Shown here one piece after another: positions 11,945-23,453 of a stretch of DNA of 64,000 nt. Made by a program: the position numbers and the translations under genes. The notes under the pieces were generated by a model, which saw only the letters and a list, made by a program, of their open reading frames with translations, was not told the DNA's origin and did no database searches. The first letter of the stretch is position 1; every line of letters begins with the position of its first letter. Origin of the DNA: Phoronis australis (Eukaryota; Animalia; Phoronida). Location of the stretch: NCBI GenBank assembly GCA_002633005.1, contig NMRA01000301.1:372001-436000 (forward strand), read 5' to 3'.

Positions 11945-13914
11945 TGGTAACCCCACCACCACTACCGCCACCTATGATCCATGAAGATGACGAAGACAAT
12001 ACTAAGGCCACTCTACAGCTTGCTTCAGAAATACTCCACAAGAAATCTATGGCAAAGAAAAAGGCTCCGACGCCTCCGCAGCGAACAACATCATTCAGGA
12101 ATTTGGCTCGTCGTTCCCCTGTGGCTCAGTCACTGGAATCGCCAGGGAGTGATAGGGGAGACAACTATTCGGAGGAGAATTCAGGTGGTATGGAGGCAGC
12201 GATTGACAAGCAGTTTGAGTTTCTCAACAACCGCAAAATGAGCGGGGACTCTGATCTCTCCAGTCAGATTAGCAGGTATAAGACACCATCGGGCATCACA
12301 GGTTTCGGCGACGGACTAGCCAAACCCAAGTCACGGACCAACTCTGGCGGAGGACATTATCCCAAAACAGCACTTCCATTACCCAGTCAAGCAATGTTGA
12401 TGCGGTCTCGGGGATCTGTACCTGTCATGGGTAAAGCTGTGGACTTGGAGACAGGTTTAGCAAACAAGGCTAAAAATGGGAAGTTCTCACAAAATACATT
12501 GGAAGTGAACAACATTGAGAAGTTGATAGACAGGTACGGTACAATCCCCAAAAGTGCTCAAATAGGATCGTATCTTGCCTCGCTCGAGTCGTCGCAGGTG
12601 GTGACTTCCCCGCTGAAATCCAGTGATGCTGTCGGTGGATCTGTGGAGAGTCCCAGAGGTGGCGCTCAGCTGACTGTAGATCAGTTGTCGCCAGAGATGG
12701 AGGAGCACAACGTGCGACCATCGTCTTTCAGACTGCCCAGTGAGCAAGACTGTAACATACCGCGTTCAAACTCTACACACGCTCCGCCAAGTAAGCCACC
12801 ATGGACAATATACCAAAGACAGAAATCAGATACCACGGCTATGGCAACGCGTTCAGCATCTGAACGTTCCGGTCATGAGTTGCCGGGTGTCGGTAAAGCA
12901 CCGAAACCCGTGCCTGCGCCTAGAAGGGAGTCTTCATTCTTGAGCCAGGAGAGAGAGGGAGCAAGTAGTGAATTTAATCATAAACATTCTAGTCCCAGCC
13001 GTGTTATTCGAAGGACGAGTCCTGTACAAAAACAGGACTTAAGATCAAGCTCACGTGAGCGGAGTGGGGCACGTAGCCCCGCCCACGATCGGCGTACGTC
13101 TAGCCCTGTGATGCGTTCTGGAAGTCCACACGCAACGCGACTTTCAGCGCACCGGGCTTCAAGCCCTCTATTAGACTCAGATAACAAACCTATCTTGTCA
13201 AACAAACCGCTGTTAAAACCGAAACCAGTTCGGCCTAACTCTGACGGAGTTGAATGTGATATTATTGATGAGGCTAGAGGTGGTAACATTACAGAGGACT
13301 GTAGTGGTGTAGGTTTGATGCCTCTGAGTTTGAGTGAGCGAACGAGCTCGGACCAATCAGAGCCAAGAATAAGGCTGAACTCTGGGAGTAAGCCAAGTAA
13401 ACCTCCTCGGCCCCCGCTGCCCTCTACTGACGATAAACTGAAGCTTGTCCCCGAGGAGAACGGCCGACAAGCTCCTCCTCCAATTCCTGTCAAACCTGCT
13501 CAACTGGGATCGGTCAAGTTAAAGTCTGTGCCAGAGAGGTCGTCAGTGCTGCCCCCTAGTGATGGTGATAACAATAATTCTAGTGGTGATGGCCAGGAAG
13601 AGCCAGTAACAAAGACTGTGTTGGTGGACTGTTTGGACTCTCTTTTTCAGGAAATTGCCACGGCTAAATCAGTAGGCACAATTCCAAATTACATGGCATT
13701 GGCAGAACACGTGCAGAGTTTTCATAATTTGGGCCAGGGCTACATAGAAGAGCTGGCACCGCACGCAAAGTTTCACTTCCGTGAGGTTTTGTCGAAACTT
13801 CTACCGACGGCAAATAGCATAAAAGCAATCTCTCCTACAATGGAGAGGGCAGACGACATGTTTGAAGATTTAGAACACTACGTTCAAGATCTGCACTCAC
13901 TGTTGGAAAAGTAA
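11945..13914 (+). CDS. Abl: Abl large terminal exon: basic/PxxP motif, Pro/Ser-rich disordered region, C-terminal F-actin-binding domain
   Basis: 661-aa ORF entered through the acceptor TTTCTAATTTTAG| in phase 1. KKKAPTPPQRTTSFR matches ABL1 KKKKKTAPTPPKRSSSFR. The C-terminus ...GYIEELAPHAKFHFREVLSKL...VQDLHSLLEK* resembles the ABL F-actin-binding domain (SYVDSI...KFAFREAINKL). Confidence 0.93.
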
Positions 13915-15970
13915 ACTTCACATTGTCAAGTTGTATTGTTCTGTAAGTGGTGAGTTTTTGCTAATTGACATGAACGTGAAGACTAGCTCGTTAGCAATTT
14001 TGTGGTTAGCTATTGAGATGACATCAATATTTACAAACAATGTCATGAAGTCCATTTAACATTCATTCTCATGTTCAGGTGATTTGCAACAATTTCTGTC
14101 GCACACTGCAATATTGTTTTATTATTTTATCAGTGTTTAACTTTCGTTACTTTAACTTGTTATAGTGAGCACTGAATGTTTGCGATTGAAGTAATTGCCG
14201 ATATTGTCCTGATTTTAGTTGTTCCAAAGCTAGTTTCATTGATGCATGTTATGGCAGGTCACATAGAGCAAACTGGCTAGTAATAGTAATAAGTAAAATT
14301 ATATTGTTATCAATTTATTTTTGTAGAGAACAAAACTTAAATTCCAACTGTTGTTGTGTACCACATTGAAGGGCTACTACTGTACCACATCTGGTTTTGT
14401 TGGAGAAAATCTGTCTTAAGTTTTGTTGAAAAGGGTTCATTCATTGTTTTCTACAGGTCGACACATGTGGACAATATTCAGATTAGCAATGTAATCTTTT
14501 TGTTGGCTTAATGGAATGCAAATTAGACAGTTAACATACCTTCAGGGTGTCCTCAACTCAACAGGTACATGCAACATCAGTGTTCTTTTGATTGTTGAAA
14601 GAATTTTTTAGTTTGCTTGTGCTTCCTGTTGTGGCATTTCCAAACTTTCTCTGATATTTGTGTACTTATTGGGTTACTGTGTATTTTCTTGCAATGCATA
14701 CTTATTGGGTTACTGTGTATTTTCTTGCAATGCATTCTCACTGCTTCAGTGATTGGCTAGTTGTATTCAAGATTGTTGACAAATTTCAATGAAATTTGGG
14801 TGAGGTGAATACCAGACATCTAATAACTAAATTATTGGAAAGTCAGCCAAAACAGTTGTTCCCTAGATCTGTTGAGGGGAGATATTGTCAATATTCTTCT
14901 ACAATCTGTATCTATTATATGGTGCTACTGCTCCAGTATTCACTGTGGGACAAAGTTGATGATTAGAGTTATGTTATTGAATAGAATGTTATAAAAAGGA
15001 AAATATAGCAAATTGTAAAATAATTTAATTGGTCCTGTCCATAGTGAACTGCTGTAGACAGATGAGGAGCGAGACAGACTCTGGTGCTTTCCAGTTGTCA
15101 CTGCAAGTATGTGTAGCGAAACTTCTCGATATTCATCAAACTGTGTCTATTTTGTCTAGGTTCAAATATACTCTGGCCATAATAGGACCGCAAGTGTTTT
15201 TTCTCTGGAGGTATCTCTATACAGTTAAGCTTGGCTGTCTATGAAGAAAAACTAACTGCCCTTCTACACCCACCATAAGAAATGAAGCCAGTGGGAACTC
15301 CAAATGCCCTTGATATTGGCCTTTCTCCTGGACTCAGTCTCTTAAGGGACAGGGGCAATTCTATTGCAGTTATGACATACTTTTAGGAAGTATTTGAAAA
15401 GCGATCATAGGATGGTTGCAGACCTCTGGATATGTGTATGGAAAACCAAGATTGTATGAGAGGAAGTGTTTGTTTTAGAGAGGTCTTCTTGGAAACCTTT
15501 ATTACCAATTTTATAATTGCTCTGATTAATTCTAAGGTGGGATTTTATGATCATGTCTGAATCACTTGATGTTAACAATGTCTTGATGTCTCTGTTCAGT
15601 TGAGAGGTATTGCTTAGATATTTTTGGCAATACTCTGCTAAAACGTTAACCACTGGTGCAATGGTTCAACAAAGTTTGCACTTGTCTCTATGAGTCAATA
15701 TTTATGCCTAAACTTCTATTTTGTCAGTATTTATGTGGAACAAATTCATTTTCTTCCAGTTATTTAGTATCTATGTAATACTGTTGTAAAATTTATAGTT
15801 AACTATGTTATGATAACACTATGGTATTTCTGTAATTGTTCTTGTTATTCATTTGTTCCTGGTTATGTTTATATCCAACTTCTCCTTTGTTTTTTTTACA
15901 TAACCTGAACTACTGCTATATTGCATATCGAAATATATAAGGACCTGTTTTTAAAATGAATACTTTGAAA
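13915..15970 (+). other. Probable Abl 3' UTR (end not defined)
   Basis: T-rich sequence free of recognisable transposons after the TAA. I saw no canonical AATAAA, so the end is a guess. Confidence 0.4.
14663..14734. repeat. Perfect 36-bp tandem duplication in the Abl 3' UTR
   Basis: TACTTATTGGGTTACTGTGTATTTTCTTGCAATGCA x2. Confidence 0.95.
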
Positions 15971-17376
15971 TTGTCACTGGAGGTGTTTCATGTTTTTAAT
16001 GCAGTGCATTAGTTGCAAATGAGACGCCATAGTCACTACATTTTTACCAGCAAGTGATAGTCATTGCTTATTGGTTACATGGACTTATGGTTAGTTGCAG
16101 TGCCACAGTAAATTTGAGGCTGAATTGTGCCCTCTGTTATAAAACATTATCATGGAATCTGGAGTGATGCAAAGACAGTGTCGCTGGTTCCATGGGACAG
16201 TTTCAAATACGGACTTAAGTTGTCTAAATCTTTTTTGTATCTGCGTAGTTCTTTACACACCTGTGTAATCTTTCCATGTTATTTTATGTTTCTTATGAGC
16301 TCCTCTTTGACTAATGACATTTTCTTATTTCATGACAAAAACTGAGCCCTAAGTTCAATGTAAACTTAGTCCTTAACATGCTTAAAATCACCGTTTTCAT
16401 ATCAAAAACACCAAAAAAAAAAAACAACCTCACCAGTCGATCAGCTGTGGAGCACCCGTAAACACTATCTAAAGAGAAGCTGGTCCTGATTTACGAAAAT
16501 TTGCGTGTTATCAAATTCATGCTCTTGGACAGCTCTTTTAGTTGTTGGAGGGCGTGTGCAAATCTGAGCGTTTGAAGTGTGCCAGTTAACATTTACAGTA
16601 CTTTTCGCTTAAATGATTGAAAAAAAAACGTCAACTTTCATCGGTTTGTATCCTCGAAGTCGAGTATCACTCGCATGTTATTTTTGAAATTCTGCTCTAA
16701 GATTTTGCTTAGTGCTTCAGATACATGCCTTTACTCCTCCTTATTCCTTAAATAGGCGCGGTTTTACGTTAGGCATATGTGCCTATGCATGCGCATACAA
16801 TATTAGGAGCTTGTGAGCAGATGTACGGCTCTGGTTTGTGGCAGGTTTAAGTGGACCTCGGTAGGGTAAAGTATCGCTTAGAACCTCGCTAAAAACAAGA
16901 CTACGTGAGATTGCGCGAGATATTGCCGTGTTTTTTAAATGAAAACACGATATTTTGGCTGGATGTTTCTCGCCGGGAGACAACTACCCTGATGTAGTCT
17001 CGTATTGTGCCAATACGGTACGAGAATTGAGGGTACTCGTATGTGAGCTAATTAAGTAGACTAGCCGAATCTAATTTATGGACAATAGTTTCACCGAAAT
17101 CGATTATTCATAGACTTTGTAGAAAACTTGTTTTTATAGCATATCATGAATTTGTTTATTGTTTCTGACTGTTAACCTTCAATCAAGTTTACTTAATTTT
17201 GAAATGTAATAAAAAGGCTTTTGACTTAAGGTACCCTGAAAATTGGAGGAATTCTAACCGCTGAAATTAGTAAATTACGAAGTAACGAAGTTATCCAATT
17301 CAAAGGCAGATTTCTGGCGTACAAAGGCCACAAATTATGAAACATTGGCAACTAATCCCCAAATTTGTGACGAGTA

Positions 17377-17520
17377 CAGTCGAGCTTCGATGTATGAGAA
17401 TGTCGGGGAAACTACGTTATAACGATAGTTCGTTGTAACTATAGGGTAGAGTCGCATACATAAACACTTTGAAATGTGAACGTTATATCACTTATCTTCT
17501 AATGTAACCAGGTTCGGCTG
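17377..17520. mobile_element. Degenerate Tc1/mariner-type MITE
   Basis: TA|CAGTCGAGCT ... GGTTCGGCTG; imperfect CAGTCGA-type terminal inverted repeat. Confidence 0.45.
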
Positions 17521-19254
17521 TTTTTGTTTTTTTTTTTGTTTTTTTCGAACTGTGACATAGTTGCGGTTAGTACTCCCGTTGACTGTGCTGACTGAGGTAG
17601 TACGCGTGTGCATTTTCTGCTTTCGATCAATTCAACGTCATGAAATCATGGCTTTGAACGTGGGCTGGTCGGGTTATGCTTTGGTGGGGTATTGTGAACA
17701 GTCGGAACAATAAAGACACGTTAAGAGCAGTTTGTGAACACCGTGCCACTGGATTCCAAACTCGTCACGATTGATAATTGTGCAGTATTCTTATATCTGT
17801 TTGATTTCGAAAGTCAATGCTAAATTTGTACAATCACGAAACCAAGGAGATCTTTTGTACGTAGGTGCTAATGAGATTTAAAGAGGTTAACGCTTGAAAC
17901 AACTGTTGGTGTTTTGTTGTTAATGTAAAAAGGTCAACTCACGCGCCTTAGATGAGCAAGTGTCACGTGTTTGTGTTGATCTTATCTTGTTATGTGCCTT
18001 GCAAATTGGAGTACACAGATATTATGGCACGCAAAAGAGTAACGCTTCTTTTGGAATCTAATTAGTGAAACGTGTCAGTCAAAAAACTCACGTGACATAT
18101 GCCAATTGGGGTCAACGATTTGACCTTGGTGTATAATATTGTACATTTATTGTTTTTCTTGTAAATGACAAAGACCATTAAATACATGCAATTAACTCGC
18201 AGAAATTGCTCTCTATTTCACACACAAGTTTATCGTCATTACTGTTTGTGGCATAGATCGTCAGAAGCTAACGCATATGTGTGGATTAACAAACCTACCC
18301 CCTTGAATAAAATGGCTAAATTATGTTTAATGTAGATAATTTAGTTTTACAATCATTGTTTTACCATCATGGAGTGAATTAAACGAATGCCACTGGGAGA
18401 GAGAGATATGCGTGTGGTACAAAAGTGGCGATTTCTGATGAGAGTTCAGATTGTGATTAGAACACAAAGTGACGCATCTGCACACACTTTCCGAAAGCCA
18501 CAAATTGTGACAGTTTGTGCACCGAACCTTCGAAGCCTAATCTGTCGGAAGTTTGTAAAGTTGCACACGAATCGTCATCGTTAGGCCATTGCACCAGTTT
18601 CTACAGGGTCGAGTCCAGTAGTCGCAAAAAAAATCTCGCGAAGGAAGCTAGGGTGATCACGTCATTTTGGTTGTAATTGGATGTAAGTCGTTTTTGCGAG
18701 GTTTTCACGTCAACGGAACCTTTTATAGAAGCACAACCATCTACGTACGGTGTAGGCCTACAATATCGATAATACCTGCCAGCTGGGCTCATCGAAAGGG
18801 CATTACCAATCCAATTCCAACGCCGTCTCTCGTTGGCTCATAACTCTACGACGTGTCACCATGCAATTTTTATTGCCTAATTTCGGGGATGGAGCCTAGT
18901 ATAAAACTCTACTCGGTCGTGGAGATCATAGCTTCGATGGATTGTTCAAGCGAGCTGTTTTTGTAGTGTGCTGTACAAATGCAGAAGTTTTTGTCCAAAA
19001 ATGCTCATCAGCGTGGCAGCAACATATTCCCAAAGGGTTATATGACCACAAGCAAGGTTAATAATCTCGCCATTAAGACTTTCGTCAATCACGGTCGGAC
19101 TTCGTCGAGCATATTTCGTCCCAACTGGCTGAATTCAATGATGGCAGCCGACTGCTCGAAGTCGGTATTATTTATGGCCACGCGCTGCTAAAAGTCACAA
19201 GAAAAGCCGTGCCCGAGTGTTGTCAAATCAGACGCTGACACTGAGGCAACGTCA

Positions 19255-19360
19255 GCCTTGGAGTTCTGCGCCTTCTGCTGTCACGGGGATGGTCTGGGGA
19301 GGGGATTAATGCACCAGCATATCCCCAATGATCCTGTCCGTGACAGGTATTACAGGTATT
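19255..19360 (+). mobile_element. 3' end of a non-LTR retroelement with a (CAGGTATTA)n tail
   Basis: Near-identical to the TSD-flanked insertion at 49318-49395. The 5' boundary is approximate. Confidence 0.7.
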
Positions 19361-19399
19361 CCTCAGAATGACGATCGTTGTTTGAGTTTCCGCCAGGTG

Positions 19400-19530
19400 G
19401 CGCTTGACTAGCGATAAGCCTGTTTTAGATGGTAACTCCAGAACTCCCTGCCCCGAGAGGGGTTGTGCCGCTTAATCTGTATGGCTTCCCTGATCTTTCT
19501 AGGAAAATAACGGTTCTTATAACTCATTTG
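19400..19530 (-). mobile_element. Penelope-like element fragment (C-terminus of GIY-YIG endonuclease)
   Basis: Translation YFPRKIREAIQIKRHNPS resembles the R-K-I-x-E-A-I-x-I...P-S-L-N end of Penelope-type GIY-YIG domains. Confidence 0.6.
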
Positions 19531-19592
19531 AAACCTACGTGAAGGTGTGTGGTCAAGAGGGTCGCGAACTGATCGATGTTTTGAACGCCACA

Positions 19593-21105
19593 CAGTGGCG
19601 GATCTACGGGGGGGGCAGGACCCAAAAATAAAAAAAACGTCTCCAGTAAAACAAAAAGGGCACCGCCAGCGTGTGTAAAGCCTAAGTAAACCAACTTGGA
19701 AAAAATTGAGGGGGGTTCACTCTGAAAAATTTTTTTGCATTGTGAATTGCTGGAGAAACACCCAGGTAATAAGTTATAATTCTACATAGTTTGTATATAA
19801 TATCGTTTTTTATGCTTGAGTACAATGAAAACGAAATAGAAATTATTTTTGGACACGCCAGATTTACTCAGTACAGCACAGGGTGTTCGAGTATATAGAA
19901 ATTGATTCTGGTTTGTATTTCTACTTGGGTCTATCTGCTTCATATCCAAAATCTATTTCACGAGGTGCGTATTTAAATTTATACTCAATACTTGTTTCTT
20001 CCAGTGGGTACCACAGAACGGTGCGAAAACCCTTCTTAAACAACCTCTCGCAGCAGTTGACGACCAGATGTGTAAAATACACGTATGAGCAACCACTGGG
20101 GATTAAAAAGTGTCTAGAGAGAAGTTTTCAATTCAATTTTTTTGCATAGTACACTATAGGTCTCGCGACGGACCAGGCCAGCTTGATTTGTGTAGATATT
20201 GAGTTTCAGTGTATCTCTGGTCCCTCGGCAAACTAGTCTTGTGATGTTTTTTACCAAAGTGTACTTTGTAAAACTATTTATCTCAGCCAGTACTAATTTG
20301 TCCCGCGACAGGTTGACTATTTTTATAGGGATAATAAGCACAGGTGTACTTTTGGTCTCGTGACGGACCAGGCCAGCCTTTTTGTGTACTCTCAGTGTAC
20401 ATCTGGTCCCTCTGCGAACTGGTCCTGTATATCTTTTCACCACGGTGTACATAATTTTTTGGTTTCGTGAAACTGTTTTTAGATGATTTGTTTCATGATA
20501 CATTTGACGTTTTTCAATTGATGTCAACGTGATTCAGCTTAATAAAGTGATACTTAATTATTTAATAGACTATGAGCTGAGAGCACCATCGTTCGCTAGT
20601 TTTTCTCGTAACGAGACAGAACACATGTTTATTTCTGGACTAAGAGTACAGGTCTTCGTTCTTAAACAACTTGAGGCTGCTGTTCTGCGATCATCTGATA
20701 TTCAAGTTTTTACTCCCCGTCGGTGCTCTTGAATATTTGGTAGTTGTCTAAACCCCTGTAAACACACCACACTTTTTCGTGTACAACTTTTCGTATGGTA
20801 AAAAAGGTGTGTGTAAGCAGATCTTCCAACAAAAATTTTTGCTGGTGGCGTGACTCATACCCAGATGTGCACAAATACGGTTTCACGAAACTTATGAGCC
20901 AAGTTCATGTGACCAAATCGAGAAGGGTTTTAAATTATCTTAAGAAAAACTCCAGTGACATGTTAGGTGCCAGAAACTTACCAGGATTCATGGAAATTTC
21001 ACTATTTGGCTACAAAAACAATCGTCTAACACGGTAGGGGGAATCCCCCTACCGACCTCCCCCCGCTCCGCGCCACGCGACCTTTGCGGNGTAGATCCGC
21101 TACTA
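19593..21105. mobile_element. Non-autonomous TIR DNA transposon, ~1.5 kb, with 5-bp TSD
   Basis: CCACA|CAGTGGCGGATCTAC ... GTAGATCCGCTACTA|CCACA. Internal repeat GGTCTCG(C/T)GACGGACCAGGCCAGC at about 20159 and 20354. N at 21090. Confidence 0.7.
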
Positions 21106-21739
21106 CCACACTGAAAACATTGATTGTTCTGTGAACTTATACATAAGGCACTGTATGCGCACCTATGTCCAATTGAGACCCACTGTGTCATATTCTCTCC
21201 ACTGTACGGTATTCTGGAGCAGGGAAAATGCTGTTTGGCAAAGATGGTACTTTCCTGTTAGGTGAAAGCATTTAAGATTCCACTCACGGTTGTCAATTAA
21301 AGCTTTACATCGACGGACAACTCTCAAGCATGCACAGTGGCGTCCATGTCGTTGACATATGCCAATTTGTAGTTTCGCCAACCATTTATCAGTAGGCCTA
21401 CGCAAATCGTCGCATGACTGACTTATAGATACGTGTATTTTGTGGACGCACTGAAGTTCGTTTTCCAATAATTACATTGGAAAATAACTTGTAATTACGC
21501 CAAAGCGAGTAACAAGTAAATGCAGCACATGCCCTTGCGATATCACTAACATAGATCGACCCTAACATATAACTGAACTCGCTCTAACGACTATATACCT
21601 TATGATATCACTGAAAGGCGATAGTATGACATTCATTTGCCCTATATGTCAGTCTATCCCCCAAGACTTGAACGATCTGTCACTGCATGCACTTATAAGT
21701 ACAGTTTGGCTATATTGAAACACCATTCTTCATATCTTG

Positions 21740-23281
21740 CTAGACAATTGCAGACGCAGTACTTGAGCCTTTTTTGTAGATCCCATCTGCCGACATATCT
21801 TCGTCGAGTCTTTCTTTGGTAGAAAAGCGAGCAGCAAATACCTGGACAGCGATGAAACAACACAATACAATGACGGACGATGTGAAAACGATGTACACCA
21901 TGCTCATCGGACCGTAAGCGTCAAACACAAGGCCTGTGATCGGTGTCATCGACATGGAAGAGACGGAAAACGAGCCAATGATACAAGCTGATACAATCCC
22001 ATCGACTGGGAGATACATGTTGAAGAACGAAAATCCGGCTGCAACAAAGGAACCCATCCCTAGTCCTGCCAACCCCATGCTTACCCACGTGACTGCCTCG
22101 TGAAGATGGATCATGGACAAGAGCATGATGTAACCAAGACAAACTAAGGACGCGTCCAAGTACATCAGGTGAATGGGCGTGAGGATCTGCGACAGGAAGA
22201 CGCCAACGAGTCGACCGATACCGAACACCCCCCAAAAGACAGACGTAATGACTGCACCTTTATACTTCTCCCAACGCAAACCTTCGACGACGAAAGAAGA
22301 AAGTAAATTTCCTGACGAATCTTCTAAATGATCATAGAAGAACATGAGGACCATCATGCCAATAATCATAATGATCTTAAAAGATTTCGACTGTCGATGC
22401 TGATTAACATTTTTTTTCTTCTGTCCGTGGTTTCTTTTGCGAAGTCTCCAGCTATCCAGTTTTAAGGCCATAGTGAAGAGCACCACTGTGATCAAAGTCA
22501 AGGAGCCGATTGTCAGGAATCCATATTGTACTCGAGTATTTAGCAGGACCACGTCCTCCATGTTCTCCATTGGTCCGTAAAATGTTTCGTTCTCCGTAGA
22601 TTCGTTGGATGGGCTTGGGTGAGTTTTGTAGTACAAGAACGGTTGAATTATGAACGGTGATATAGTGGCGCCGACGGACCACGTGAAGTGGGCTCCCTGA
22701 AGGATAGAAGCCTGGTGCCGGCTATGGCTCCACAACTTAAGTACGGTAACTTGAATGTTACAGTTGATACTCGCCATGAACACCGCCATAAGACCCATAA
22801 ACACACAGAACACCGCCAAGTTGCGTACCCAGACCGAAGACATGTAGGAGACACTCATGCAGAGAGACGCTATGAGGAAGAAAAATATGTCGTTCAACTT
22901 CTCTATGAGGTATCCGGATACAATGGTCCCACCAAGCATACCGCCACTAATGCATGTGAACACGACCATGATAGTTGTCGTGTCCGTATACAAAAGTTCT
23001 TTCAAGTCCATTAGTGACGGCCCGACCGAGGCTGATATCAGCCCGAGGCTGAGATAGGCCGTGTAGGCGCATAACGAGTGAAACAGTCTCTTGCGTTGGG
23101 TTAGCGGTCGATCGTCATACTCCTCTTCAATGGCAGTATCGTCATAGTTGCTGTCGTCATGGCAACTAATTATACCTTGCCGCTCATCCCCCCAGCATGC
23201 TGCAGTCGACTTGTTACCAGGCATACCGTCATTTTCTGAATTTGTTGATAGTGTGGACTTCTCTCGTTGCTGCGACTCCAT
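21740..23281 (-). CDS. MFS transporter, MFSD4/NaGLT1 (sodium-dependent glucose transporter 1-like) family, paralog 1; single coding exon, 513 aa
   Basis: About 12 hydrophobic segments. Motifs LGLISASVGPSLMDL, LQGAHFTWSVGATISP and TSVFWGVFGIGRL match NaGLT1-type GLxxAxxGPTxxDL, QALHFxFxxGAxxxP and SxFWGxFxxxR. Loop sequons NES and NET. Context ACCATGG. Confidence 0.9.
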   Translation of the reverse strand: MESQQREKSTLSTNSENDGMPGNKSTAACWGDERQGIISCHDDSNYDDTAIEEEYDDRPLTQRKRLFHSLCAYTAYLSLGLISASVGPSLMDLKELLYTDTTTIMVVFTCISGGMLGGTIVSGYLIEKLNDIFFFLIASLCMSVSYMSSVWVRNLAVFCVFMGLMAVFMASINCNIQVTVLKLWSHSRHQASILQGAHFTWSVGATISPFIIQPFLYYKTHPSPSNESTENETFYGPMENMEDVVLLNTRVQYGFLTIGSLTLITVVLFTMALKLDSWRLRKRNHGQKKKNVNQHRQSKSFKIIMIIGMMVLMFFYDHLEDSSGNLLSSFVVEGLRWEKYKGAVITSVFWGVFGIGRLVGVFLSQILTPIHLMYLDASLVCLGYIMLLSMIHLHEAVTWVSMGLAGLGMGSFVAAGFSFFNMYLPVDGIVSACIIGSFSVSSMSMTPITGLVFDAYGPMSMVYIVFTSSVIVLCCFIAVQVFAARFSTKERLDEDMSADGIYKKGSSTASAIV

Positions 23282-23294
23282 GGTCTACGTCACC

Positions 23295-23338
23295 CTACAA
23301 TACATCGTGATGGTGATAAATTATAACAGCTGTTAGTC
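23295..23338 (-). promoter_or_regulatory. Splice acceptor and branch point upstream of paralog 1
   Basis: Minus strand reads GACTAAC ... TATTGTAG|GGTGACGTAGACC ATG (13 nt before the ATG). Confidence 0.65.
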
Positions 23339-23453
23339 TGAGCACGTGTTTACTTTCATTCATGTTTTCCTGACAGTTGAACACGTTTCCATGCTGTTTT
23401 ATGATAAGCGCATGGTCGCCCCTTGTGATAGACTTTAAAATTCATCAGTGCGA

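Noticed and set aside
12978-13493. 171-aa minus-strand ORF, and other ORFs overlapping Abl or the MFS genes
   Set aside because: Antisense or alternate-frame shadows of GC-richer coding sequence; no recognisable domain.
19355-19400. Penelope-associated hammerhead ribozyme (minus-strand CTGAGGA)
   Set aside because: The sequence is cut by the retroposon tail right after CTGAGGAA; no GAAA half was found.
21710-21742. Stop-codon readthrough of paralog 1 (TAG-CAA)
   Set aside because: The context TAG CAA GAT does not fit the CARYYA readthrough motif, and the extension would be short and featureless.
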